DNA from: a virus
Lineage: Duplodnaviria; Heunggongvirae; Uroviricota; Caudoviricetes
Virus record (IMG/VR): IMGVR_UViG_3300043803_001772
DNA: 64,000 nt
Strand: one strand, 5' to 3'
The position numbers and the translations under genes were made by a program. The notes beneath the pieces are model-generated. The model was not told where the DNA came from. It ran no database searches and saw nothing but the letters and a program-made list of their open reading frames with translations. Every line of letters begins with the position of its first letter. Position 1 is the first letter of the stretch. This document shows, one piece after another, positions 16,212-24,761 of the stretch.

Positions 16212-16400
16212 TTATTGTTTTGTTGCAGTTGTTACTGGTGACGCATTTTCCACACCTTGTTGTTGACGGGCAGAAAGTTCTTGGTTGATAATTCTCAAAT
16301 TGTTTTGTGAAAAGTTTAACTTAACAACTTCATCGTAAGCAAAAGCTTTCAATTCAACTAATGTGAGATCTGATAAATTAATTTGTTTTTGTTCTTCCAT
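16212..16400 (-). CDS. small paralogous protein 2 (62 aa)
   Basis: Tandem paralog of 16007-16201. Confidence 0.4.
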   Translation of the reverse strand: MEEQKQINLSDLTLVELKAFAYDEVVKLNFSQNNLRIINQELSARQQQGVENASPVTTATKQ

Positions 16401-16453
16401 ATGTTTATAACTTTGTTAAATAACTAGAACACTACTATACAATAGTTATTATT

Positions 16454-16831
16454 TTAATTACTTACAGAACCTGTTGTTACCCAAGGCAATGGCGGTTGAA
16501 CCACCGGAGGATTTATTTGAGTATATAAACTAGATATAGCACCAGCTTCAATATTAGCTTTGCTACCAGTACCCATACTATCAAATGTCCATCCCAATAC
16601 CACATTCTCAGTCAATTGATCATATGGTATAAATGCTGAACCACTGTGGTATTGTACACCTGTGGTACCGTATAATCTACTGTTATATACACTGCCACTC
16701 AAACTACCTGTAGCAACCACAATGTTGCCCAAACAGTCCCAGTGTACAGTAAATACAACGTCGGTTTCTTGATCGTATTTTGGGTAACAGTCTAGGTTTG
16801 TTACTTTCCAAGTAATTGTTGGTTGATTCAT
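16454..16831 (-). CDS. hypothetical virion-associated protein (125 aa)
   Basis: ORF with an RBS-like AAAAAATATG context. Ser/Gly/Thr-rich. No motif recognised. Confidence 0.45.
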   Translation of the reverse strand: MNQPTITWKVTNLDCYPKYDQETDVVFTVHWDCLGNIVVATGSLSGSVYNSRLYGTTGVQYHSGSAFIPYDQLTENVVLGWTFDSMGTGSKANIEAGAISSLYTQINPPVVQPPLPWVTTGSVSN

Positions 16832-16836
16832 ATTTT

Positions 16837-17166
16837 TTAAGCTTGATATCTGCTATCAGTTTGTTTCCAATTTGGCACTTTGTTTTCCCAATAATCAATC
16901 CGTTCTTGTACTTTGTTCCAATCTTCAGGTGCTCTCAAATATTCAATGCTACCTTCGATTGTGGTTACTGTCCCATTTTCATCTGTATCTTCATAAGATG
17001 GTGTGGGTATTACAACAGTAGGAAATGCGCTGATATAAGGAAATGCTAGACGAACTTTTAATCCATCGTCTTCTAATACAGTAACGTCGTTTCTGTTACC
17101 ATATGCAGCAACAAATTCTCTACTCGCTTTGTCGTGAATATTATGTATTATTATTGTGTCTTTCAT
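16837..17166 (-). CDS. partner protein A of the Gly-rich fibre cassette (109 aa)
   Basis: Paralog of 19755-20126 (HNIHDK.SREFVA.YGNRNDV.VLEDDG..VRL..PYISAFPT...NTPSY...IDYWENKVPNWKQTDSRY). Conserved upstream motif TATTTATAATAGACT before the ATG. Confidence 0.5.
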   Translation of the reverse strand: MKDTIIIHNIHDKASREFVAAYGNRNDVTVLEDDGLKVRLAFPYISAFPTVVIPTPSYEDTDENGTVTTIEGSIEYLRAPEDWNKVQERIDYWENKVPNWKQTDSRYQA

Positions 17167-17211
17167 AGTCTATTATAAATATTGTTATATACCAAAATTG
17201 TTTTTTTATTT

Positions 17212-18501
17212 TTAAATATGTACTTTTCTCAGAGTTATAGCACCCGCTCCACCTGCACCGCCAGGAGAACCGCCGCCTGGACCATATCCAGGACCAACAC
17301 CAGCACTACCACCGCTCGCAACAACACTTCCAGCGTTAGTGTATGTACCACCATAAATTATTATGGTTCTACCACCTCCACTACCACCCCCACCCGCTCC
17401 ACTACCAGCGCCTCCACTTGGTCCTCCACCATTTCCACCAGCTGATCCGTTATTTGAAACAGTGCCATTTATTGTAATATTTCCTCTTACAATAAGTATT
17501 AACAATCCGCCGACACCAATTCCACCATTAGTTGCAGGTGGATCATTACGACCTGATCCAGCTGGGCCTGTTGGAGATCCAGCTCCTCCGCCGCCACCAC
17601 CTTGAATTCCAGCCCAACCAGCTCCTCCGCCACCACCAACTTCAAATGCAGCGGAAGATCCTCCTGTTTGTCCACCAGGGCCATTTCCAGAACCTCCACC
17701 TCCGCCTCCCGCAGAAAATATTGTACCTCTTCCTCCGGCACCACCATTGTAATAGTTACTAGCCCCACCTCCACCTCCGCCTCCACAACAAAATATACCA
17801 GCCGTTCCAGTTCCACCAATTCCAGTGAAGGGAGTACTAGTTTGTTGAATTCCACCGGCCCCCCCAGCAACACTTCCACTCAATGGCACTCGTATCTTAT
17901 AGTTGCTAAACCAAGCACTGCCACTAGGCGCCCAATTCATATGACCAATAGTTCCAGTGGCACTTGATGAAAAATTATTGAAATATAGTGTAGCATCCAC
18001 CAAATCATATCTTGAATCGGTGCTTGAAGCAATTCCAATAGGTGCAGCAATTTTGGAACCAACACCACCACCTTTACCAGTCATACTTATAGTACCGTTC
18101 ACGGTCAAGTCGCCTGTACAATATATAACCAAACCTCTACAAGCTCGTAATGGACTAAATAATAAGCCGCCGTTAATGGTTAAATTTTTAAAATTCTTTA
18201 CAATTATATCACCAAATTCACGGCTGATATTGTTTAATCCAGCGGGTGATGTGGATGAACTTATTTGCGCACTACTGCTTATGGTACAATCACCGTCTGT
18301 ACCTGTGCCAAAATAATTGTCGTAACTGCTTAAACTGCCTACTGTAGTATTATTGCTATAAAATAAATTGTGTGTAGTTATTCTAGCTTTTTTATTTCTA
18401 TTTGCTGATGAACTTATTGTCTGATCCAAAACGGGAAAAACATTTGTATTATTGTTTATACTGCCTGTTAAGGTACTTAATGCTGATATTAAAGTTGCCA
18501 T
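17212..18501 (-). CDS. glycine-rich beta-helix-like putative tail fibre/adhesin A (429 aa)
   Basis: MATLISALSTLTGS N-terminus; LTINGG...CRGLVIYCTGDLTVNGTISMTGKGG; poly-Gly tracts (CCGGGGGGGAS, GGGGGGSG); LLILIVRGNITINGTVSNNG; GGGRTIIIYGGTYTNAGSVVASGG. Paralog of 20127-21368. Confidence 0.55.
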   Translation of the reverse strand: MATLISALSTLTGSINNNTNVFPVLDQTISSSANRNKKARITTHNLFYSNNTTVGSLSSYDNYFGTGTDGDCTISSSAQISSSTSPAGLNNISREFGDIIVKNFKNLTINGGLLFSPLRACRGLVIYCTGDLTVNGTISMTGKGGGVGSKIAAPIGIASSTDSRYDLVDATLYFNNFSSSATGTIGHMNWAPSGSAWFSNYKIRVPLSGSVAGGAGGIQQTSTPFTGIGGTGTAGIFCCGGGGGGGASNYYNGGAGGRGTIFSAGGGGGGSGNGPGGQTGGSSAAFEVGGGGGAGWAGIQGGGGGGAGSPTGPAGSGRNDPPATNGGIGVGGLLILIVRGNITINGTVSNNGSAGGNGGGPSGGAGSGAGGGGSGGGRTIIIYGGTYTNAGSVVASGGSAGVGPGYGPGGGSPGGAGGAGAITLRKVHI

Positions 18502-18526
18502 ATTCTATTATAAATAGTTTTTTCTT

Positions 18527-19090
18527 CTAAAAATTCAATAAAGAATAATCTGGGTGTAATAAATCTTTATATTTATAAACTCTAAAATCTATACTCAGTC
18601 TTGTTTTGTTAGTATTGTTGAATTTATTACCGTGAAGTAAATTGCAACCATCCCAATGTACAAATTGACCGTAATCACATTTTATCGGAGAAAAATCGTG
18701 ACTGTCTTCAACTGATTCAGTCCAAATTGTGTTTGTATCAAAAGCATTTGTAAATGGTAAAAAAATATTATCTATCTGCATATCACTATAAATCGTATTT
18801 TTTCTATACCACTTGTCTTTATGAAGTTTATGCATATTTAATTTATTTTTATATACTAATCTACACACTGGTTTAGTTTGATATGCTATAACACCATTAT
18901 ACAACTCTGTGATATATTTTCTTATAAACTGTACATACATATCTAAAAACTGTTTATCTGATAGATAATCTGAATATAGTCGCTCTATGTCTTTATTTTC
19001 ATCCAAATTATCTAAATTAGATGTGTTTAAAACAGTTTGTAATTGTTCTTTAAAATTAAATTCTGTTATATCATATGAATATAATTTCAT
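18527..19090 (-). CDS. 2OG-Fe(II) oxygenase-like protein (HxD...H...RxS), tentative
   Basis: MHKLHKDKW (HxD), about 70 aa later LLHGNKF (second His), then 10 aa later KTRLSIDFRV (RxS). This is the facial-triad spacing of PhyH/2OG-Fe(II) dioxygenases. Very AT-rich relative to flanking Gly-rich genes. Confidence 0.4.
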   Translation of the reverse strand: MKLYSYDITEFNFKEQLQTVLNTSNLDNLDENKDIERLYSDYLSDKQFLDMYVQFIRKYITELYNGVIAYQTKPVCRLVYKNKLNMHKLHKDKWYRKNTIYSDMQIDNIFLPFTNAFDTNTIWTESVEDSHDFSPIKCDYGQFVHWDGCNLLHGNKFNNTNKTRLSIDFRVYKYKDLLHPDYSLLNF

Positions 19091-19758
19091 ATATCTGTCA
19101 AATAACCCATTCTGTGTTCGGTCGATAAATCTATATTATTATATATAATACGATTAATATTGTCATCTGTATGATAATTTTCTGTTATATCATTATTAAG
19201 TTTTACACCGACATAACTTTTATTAATAATGTATTGTTGATTTTTTTTAACCAATTCAAATTTATTGCTAATATCATTTAATACAAAATCAGTGTTGTGT
19301 TTCAAATCTTCGTATCGTATAAAATAATACTTATTTACTAACTCAGGCATATCGTCCAACAAATATTTACATTTTATAGAACGCATCTCAAATATGTTTT
19401 TGAATCTTAAATTGTTGTTTTTAAAATTTCTATCATCCAAAATATCTACATATTTTCCTTTGTGTAAATACACCGAATAAAATTCATTTAATAAAAAAGA
19501 CTCTATGTTTTGCGTTCTTTCTATAGGTTGTAATAGTTTGGAATTATAAAAAGATATTAAAAAATCTATGGGGTTTCTTGCAATACAAAAATAAATTACA
19601 TCTTGGTTATTTTTCAATTTATTTTCATATCCACTATAACCAAAAAAATGTTTCCAACCACCTAACCAATCCAACTTCAATTCAAAGTTATCAGATATCA
19701 ATTGTTCTAAAAAATTTGTTCCTGATCGTCGTTCCCCTAATATTGTATAACGATTCAT
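19087..19758 (-). CDS. sulfotransferase-like protein (PAPS 5'-PSB-like motif), tentative
   Basis: N-terminal TILGERRSGTNFLEQLI resembles the sulfotransferase 5'-phosphosulfate-binding loop (P/G)(K/R)SGTT. Overlaps the oxygenase-like gene by 4 nt, indicating coupling. Confidence 0.5.
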   Translation of the reverse strand: MNRYTILGERRSGTNFLEQLISDNFELKLDWLGGWKHFFGYSGYENKLKNNQDVIYFCIARNPIDFLISFYNSKLLQPIERTQNIESFLLNEFYSVYLHKGKYVDILDDRNFKNNNLRFKNIFEMRSIKCKYLLDDMPELVNKYYFIRYEDLKHNTDFVLNDISNKFELVKKNQQYIINKSYVGVKLNNDITENYHTDDNINRIIYNNIDLSTEHRMGYLTDI

Positions 19759-20126
19759 ACATATCTACTATCAGTTTGTTTCCAATTAGGCACTTTATTT
19801 TCCCAATAATCTATTCTACTGTGTACATCGTCCCAATTATTAGGACAACTTATATATTCAATACTAGCTGGTATAACTAAATCATCAACATTTATATCTA
19901 ATTTTATAGACACACCACCACTTTCTTCTGCAATTGGAGAATCTGTATAGGAAGGCGTGTTTATAATAATAGTTGGAAACGCACTAATATATGGATATTT
20001 TAATCGAACATTATACCCATCATCTTCTAACACAACAACATCATTTCTGTTACCATATGTAGCAACAAATTCTCTACTTATTTTATCGTGAATACTATGT
20101 AGTATGATTATATCTTTCATTTTCAA
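19755..20126 (-). CDS. partner protein B of the Gly-rich fibre cassette (123 aa)
   Basis: Paralog of 16837-17166. Starts immediately after the stop of Gly-rich protein B. Confidence 0.5.
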   Translation of the reverse strand: MKMKDIIILHSIHDKISREFVATYGNRNDVVVLEDDGYNVRLKYPYISAFPTIIINTPSYTDSPIAEESGGVSIKLDINVDDLVIPASIEYISCPNNWDDVHSRIDYWENKVPNWKQTDSRYV

Positions 20127-21368
20127 TTAAATATGTACTTTTCTCACTGTTACGCTACCTGCTCCTCCTGATCCCCCCGAGCCAGCAGGGCCTGCTCCAC
20201 CACTTCCACCATTCGCAACCACGCTTCCAGCATTGGTGTATGTACCTCCATAAATTATTAAAGTTCTACCACCTCCACTACCTCCACCACCACCCGCATT
20301 ATCACTACCGTTAGCCGCACCTAGTCCACCGGTTGTCCCATTATTTGAAACAGTACCATTTATTGTAATATTTCCCCTCACAATAAATACTAATAACCCG
20401 CCAACACCTATTGATCCATTAGTACCAGGACCAGGTTGATTTAAAACTCCCGCGCCCCCACCGCCAGTAGGTCCATAGTAGTTTCGTGAACCAGCACCAC
20501 CACTTTCAAGAAGTCCTGAACTTCCAGCAGTAACTGCAAGTAGAAGCCCACCATAACCGCCGCCGCCACCGCCGCCACCAGTAAATATTGTCCCCCTACC
20601 TCCAGCATAACCAGATCCAAAAGAACCATATTTTTGTGCCCCATTACCACCACCGCCTCCACCCCCACAACAAAAAATTCCAGCTGTGCCAGTTGATCCA
20701 GCTCCACTACCCCCACTTCCGCCGGCGCCTCCAGCAACACTTCCACTTAATGGCACTCTTATCTTAAAATTACTAAACCAAGTACTACCACTAGGCGCCC
20801 AATTCCAATGCGTAGGTATGCCTCTTCCACCAGAAGCACTTGATGAAAAATTATTGAAATATAGTGTAGCATCCACCAAATCATATCTTGAATCTGTACT
20901 TGATGCAAGTCCAATAGGCGCAGCAATTTTGGCAACAACACCGCCGCCTTTGCCAGTCATACTTATGGTACCGTTCACGGTCAAGTCGCCTGTACAATAT
21001 ATAACCAAACCTCTACAAACTCGTAATGGACTAAACAATACGCCGCTGTTGATAGTTAAATTTTGAAAATTCTTTACAATTGTATCGCCAAATTCACGGC
21101 TGATATTGTTTAATCCAGCGGGTGAAGTTGATGAACTTATTTGCGCACTACTGCTTACAGTGCAATTACCATCGGCGCCTGTACCAAAATAATTATCATA
21201 ACTACTTAAACTGCCTACTGTAGTATTATTGCTATAAAATAAATTATGTGCTGTTATTCTAGCTTTTTCATTTGTATTTGATATTAAATCAACAATAGGC
21301 AGTACACAAGTATCATTGTTTTTGCTGCCTGTCAATATTGACATTGATGATATTGATAAAGTTGCCAT
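20127..21368 (-). CDS. glycine-rich beta-helix-like putative tail fibre/adhesin B (413 aa)
   Basis: Near-collinear with 17212-18501 and shares long identical nucleotide stretches (for example ccagtcatacttatggtaccgttcacggtcaagtcgcctgtacaatatataaccaaacctctacaa). Confidence 0.55.
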   Translation of the reverse strand: MATLSISSMSILTGSKNNDTCVLPIVDLISNTNEKARITAHNLFYSNNTTVGSLSSYDNYFGTGADGNCTVSSSAQISSSTSPAGLNNISREFGDTIVKNFQNLTINSGVLFSPLRVCRGLVIYCTGDLTVNGTISMTGKGGGVVAKIAAPIGLASSTDSRYDLVDATLYFNNFSSSASGGRGIPTHWNWAPSGSTWFSNFKIRVPLSGSVAGGAGGSGGSGAGSTGTAGIFCCGGGGGGGNGAQKYGSFGSGYAGGRGTIFTGGGGGGGGYGGLLLAVTAGSSGLLESGGAGSRNYYGPTGGGGAGVLNQPGPGTNGSIGVGGLLVFIVRGNITINGTVSNNGTTGGLGAANGSDNAGGGGGSGGGRTLIIYGGTYTNAGSVVANGGSGGAGPAGSGGSGGAGSVTVRKVHI

Positions 21369-21370
21369 AA

Positions 21371-22402
21371 TTATAAAACTTGCAATTCCTTTATAGTAAT
21401 GCTTCCTGCTCCGCCATCGCCACCTTTAGTTGGTGCGGTACCCCCACCTATACCACCAGAAACGGAAATAGTACCTCCGTTATTAACATAACCTTGATTA
21501 TATAATATTACTATTCTACCACCTCCACTACCTCCTCCACCACCAGCAGATCCAGCGCCACCATTTACCCCACGTGCCGTGATTATACCAGTATTACCAA
21601 GTGTAAATGTTCCTTTAACAACGAGAATAATTAATCCGCCAGTTCCAGTTCCTCCACTTATTCCACCTGGGCCACCTGCTCCACCATTATTACCAGCTCC
21701 CCCACCAGTGTTAGCTGCACTACCTGCTCCACCGGCGCCACCATTAACAGAACCAGCTGTAGCACTTGGTCCACCCCCACCACCCGATCCACCACTCCAA
21801 CTGGTACCTGCGGTTCCTGCACCACCAGCATAACCACCTCCGCCTCCACCAGTATAACCTTCTCCAGCAGATCTACCTGCTGTACTAGCCGCACCACCTC
21901 CACTGCCTGAACCATACAATTTTACACTATTAAATTGATATTGAGGTATAAAGTTACCATAATAATTTTTAGCTTGATATACATAATGAGCTGCGGTTCC
22001 AACTGCATTTGCGCCTTTAGCTGTCATAGTAAGTGTACCATTTATAGTACAATCACCGGCTACGTATATTAATAAACCCTTACACCGATTGCTTACGGTC
22101 ATTGTATGACCAGCATTGATTGTGAGAGATGTATAATTTCTTACCAATACTTCCGCGTCATTAGACGTTGCAAATGTTACACTCGATGTTGTGTTCAATG
22201 AACCATTAGCACCAGTCCCAAACCAAGTTATAGCTGATTGAGAAAACTGACTACATACATTTGTATATTTAACCTTTTTGTTAAAATCTACGTATCCATC
22301 TGCATTTTGATCTTTTGTAGCAGTCGCATCATATACCAAATAATAATTACTTGATGATATAATTGAAGTTTCTGTTAAATCTGTTATACGTTTATTTGCC
22401 AT
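21371..22402 (-). CDS. glycine-rich fibre-like protein C with N-terminal RITDL anchor motif (343 aa)
   Basis: MANKRITDLTE N-terminus; CKGLLIYVAGDCTINGTLTMTAKGA; Gly tracts; LIILVVKGTFTLGNTGIITARG; GGGRIVILYNQGYVNNGGTISVSGG. Confidence 0.55.
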   Translation of the reverse strand: MANKRITDLTETSIISSSNYYLVYDATATKDQNADGYVDFNKKVKYTNVCSQFSQSAITWFGTGANGSLNTTSSVTFATSNDAEVLVRNYTSLTINAGHTMTVSNRCKGLLIYVAGDCTINGTLTMTAKGANAVGTAAHYVYQAKNYYGNFIPQYQFNSVKLYGSGSGGGAASTAGRSAGEGYTGGGGGGYAGGAGTAGTSWSGGSGGGGGPSATAGSVNGGAGGAGSAANTGGGAGNNGGAGGPGGISGGTGTGGLIILVVKGTFTLGNTGIITARGVNGGAGSAGGGGGSGGGRIVILYNQGYVNNGGTISVSGGIGGGTAPTKGGDGGAGSITIKELQVL

Positions 22403-22415
22403 ATATTATTAAATA

Positions 22416-23558
22416 TTAGTTTGCTGCTGGAAATGCAGTATTTAGTTTTTGTATTATAGCAGTTCCAGCTCCACCAGCTCCACTAGCTCCTCCACCAAAT
22501 GGAGATCCACCGGAACCACCATTTGATGTGACAGATCCATTATTAGTCAATTGACCACCATAATATACATATAACACTCCACCCCCACTACCCCCACCCG
22601 CGCCACTGCCTCCAACTATGTTTGCATTATTACCCGCGCTCCCATTAGTAGTTATACTACCATTTGGTCCTATTTTTAAATTACCCCTCACAATTAATAT
22701 TAACAATCCACCCGTGCCTGTTGCTGTTTGTGATCCACCTGTTCCATTTGGATTTCCAGCTCCTCCACCACTATTACCACCTCCACCTCCATTTCCACCT
22801 GCTCCTCCAATCGGACTACCATTAGATCCCGCGCCAGCCGGAGCTCCGCCTCCGCCGCCTCCAGCTCCACCACTATAAGACGTTCCTGTTCCTCCTGATC
22901 CTCCTCCTGCTGTTCCATATGGACCAGTACTGGTAGAACCTCCACCTCCACCACCTGATCTTCCCAATCCACCAGCTGTTCCAGCAGTTGAACCACCGCC
23001 GCCTGCCGCACCAACAGCAAATACTCTGCTCAAATAACTTGATGATGGAAACAACTGTGTGCTCCAATAATCACCCAAATATGGCGGATTTACTGTTGTA
23101 AAAGAAGCATCTGCACCTACAGCAGACGCGCCTCTAGAGGTCATAGTTATGCTGCCACTGATAGTCGCATCACCATCCACAAATATCAACATACCTCTAC
23201 ATCTGTTAGGCGGACTTATAACCACACTTCTAGAAATGAACAGTGAGCTAAAGTTCTTGATGACAGGAGGACCATCACTAGTGCTTGCGAACGAAGCGGA
23301 TATACGAGTTCTTAGAGTTGTGATAGAACCACTGAAGTTGCCTGATCCATCGCTATTATCACCAAAATAATAAAGACCAGGTGTATGTTTGGTAAACGAA
23401 GAGGAATTATTTCCATTTAAATAAAAATATTTTCGTAAATCATTTACACTTATTTTTTTATTTTTGGAATTTATAGATTCATTAGCGTCTACTATGGGAA
23501 CAAATGAACCAGTTGATATTATGATACTCTCAGCTAAATCTGTAATTCTAGTTGGCAT
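22416..23558 (-). CDS. glycine-rich fibre-like protein D with RITDL anchor (380 aa)
   Basis: MPTRITDLAES...PIVDANE...KNKKISVNDLRK. Paralog of 23572-24750 (shared LYYFGDNSDG.GNFSGSITTLRTRISASF...CRGMLIFVDGDATISGSI). Confidence 0.55.
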   Translation of the reverse strand: MPTRITDLAESIIISTGSFVPIVDANESINSKNKKISVNDLRKYFYLNGNNSSSFTKHTPGLYYFGDNSDGSGNFSGSITTLRTRISASFASTSDGPPVIKNFSSLFISRSVVISPPNRCRGMLIFVDGDATISGSITMTSRGASAVGADASFTTVNPPYLGDYWSTQLFPSSSYLSRVFAVGAAGGGGSTAGTAGGLGRSGGGGGGSTSTGPYGTAGGGSGGTGTSYSGGAGGGGGGAPAGAGSNGSPIGGAGGNGGGGGNSGGGAGNPNGTGGSQTATGTGGLLILIVRGNLKIGPNGSITTNGSAGNNANIVGGSGAGGGSGGGVLYVYYGGQLTNNGSVTSNGGSGGSPFGGGASGAGGAGTAIIQKLNTAFPAAN

Positions 23559-23571
23559 ATATTATTATATA

Positions 23572-24750
23572 TTAATTCGCTACAGGAAACGCAGTGTTTA
23601 GTTTTAATAAAACAGATGTACCAGCTCCTCCTGCTCCTCCCTGATTGACAGTTGGCGCTGCTGGTGTACCAGTTAAACCACCTGATCCACCGTTGGATGT
23701 AACAGTACCATTGTTTGTTAATGTGCCACCATAATAAATATATAAAACGCCACCTCCACTTCCACCCCCACCCGCACTTCCAAAAGCAGCAATTCCATTA
23801 CCCCCACTGATTCCATTAGCTACAATTGATCCATTTGGACCTATTTTTAAATTGCCTCTTACAATTAATATTAATAATCCACCTGTACCGGCTGGGGCGG
23901 AGACTGGGAGAGGACTAAATGGTGCCGCGGCTGGCGTTACACCACCTGGATTGCCAGCTCCACCTCCTCCGTAACCAAGTGTTGGACCACCTTGACCACC
24001 AAATGCAAAACCATTCGCTCCCGGAGATGGTCCTCCTCCTCCTCCTCCTGACCCACCACTAAAAGATGTGCCTGCTGATCCAGCTCCACCTGCAGCTGCT
24101 TGTCCACCTCCTCCACCGCCGCCTCCACTTCTTCCTAATGTACCAGTTACACCAGTACCACCAACACTAGATGGAGTAGGACCAGCTGGACCGCCACTTG
24201 CGCCTATAGCAAATACTCTGCTCAAATAACTTGATGATGGAAACAATTGAGTGCTCCAATAATCACCCAAATATGGCGGATTTATTGATCTAAAAGACGC
24301 ATCACTTCCAGTGAATTTTGCACCTCTAGCAGTCATACTAATACTACCACTAATGGTTGCATCTCCATCAACAAATATCAACATACCTCTACATCTGTTA
24401 GGCGGACTTATAACCACACTTCTAGAAATAAAAAGGCTACTAAAGTTTTTGATGACAGGAGGCCCGTCTAATGAGCTAGAAAATGAAGCGGATATTCTGG
24501 TTCTGAGAGTTGTGATGGATCCGCTAAAATTGCCTGGCCCATCACTATTATCACCAAAATAATAAAGGCCTGGGGTATGTCTAATAAAAGAGCTAGTATT
24601 TCGTGAATTTAAGTAAAAAACTTTTCTTAAATCGGTTATGCTTATTTTTTTATTTTTATCACCAACTGTTTCGTTGTTGTCAACTATTGGTATAAATGCC
24701 GATGCGGTTAATAAATTATATTCAGCTAGTTGTGAAATTTTTGTAGGCAT
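23572..24750 (-). CDS. glycine-rich fibre-like protein E with anchor (392 aa)
   Basis: MPTKISQLAEY...PIVDNNE...KNKKISITDLRK. Paralog of 22416-23558. Confidence 0.55.
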   Translation of the reverse strand: MPTKISQLAEYNLLTASAFIPIVDNNETVGDKNKKISITDLRKVFYLNSRNTSSFIRHTPGLYYFGDNSDGPGNFSGSITTLRTRISASFSSSLDGPPVIKNFSSLFISRSVVISPPNRCRGMLIFVDGDATISGSISMTARGAKFTGSDASFRSINPPYLGDYWSTQLFPSSSYLSRVFAIGASGGPAGPTPSSVGGTGVTGTLGRSGGGGGGGGQAAAGGAGSAGTSFSGGSGGGGGGPSPGANGFAFGGQGGPTLGYGGGGAGNPGGVTPAAAPFSPLPVSAPAGTGGLLILIVRGNLKIGPNGSIVANGISGGNGIAAFGSAGGGGSGGGVLYIYYGGTLTNNGTVTSNGGSGGLTGTPAAPTVNQGGAGGAGTSVLLKLNTAFPVAN

Positions 24751-24761
24751 ATAACTTTTTA

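Noticed and set aside
17363-17605. Plus-strand proline-rich ORFs (17363-17605, 20686-21066, 21579-21833, 22618-22878, 27815-28024, 30279-30683, 42710-42946, 45950-46405, 56697-57203 and similar)
   Set aside because: They are the reverse complement of GGN/AGY-rich glycine and collagen-like coding sequence on the minus strand. They have a compositional PLVP/PPP signature, no starts with RBS, and they fully overlap much longer, coherent minus-strand genes.
18527-19758. Integrase, transposase or IS element as the cause of the AT-rich insertion between the duplicated fibre cassettes
   Set aside because: Neither ORF has recombinase motifs (no RHRY tetrad, DDE or HUH). No inverted or direct repeats flank the insertion. 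Enzyme-like motifs fit an oxygenase and a sulfotransferase better.
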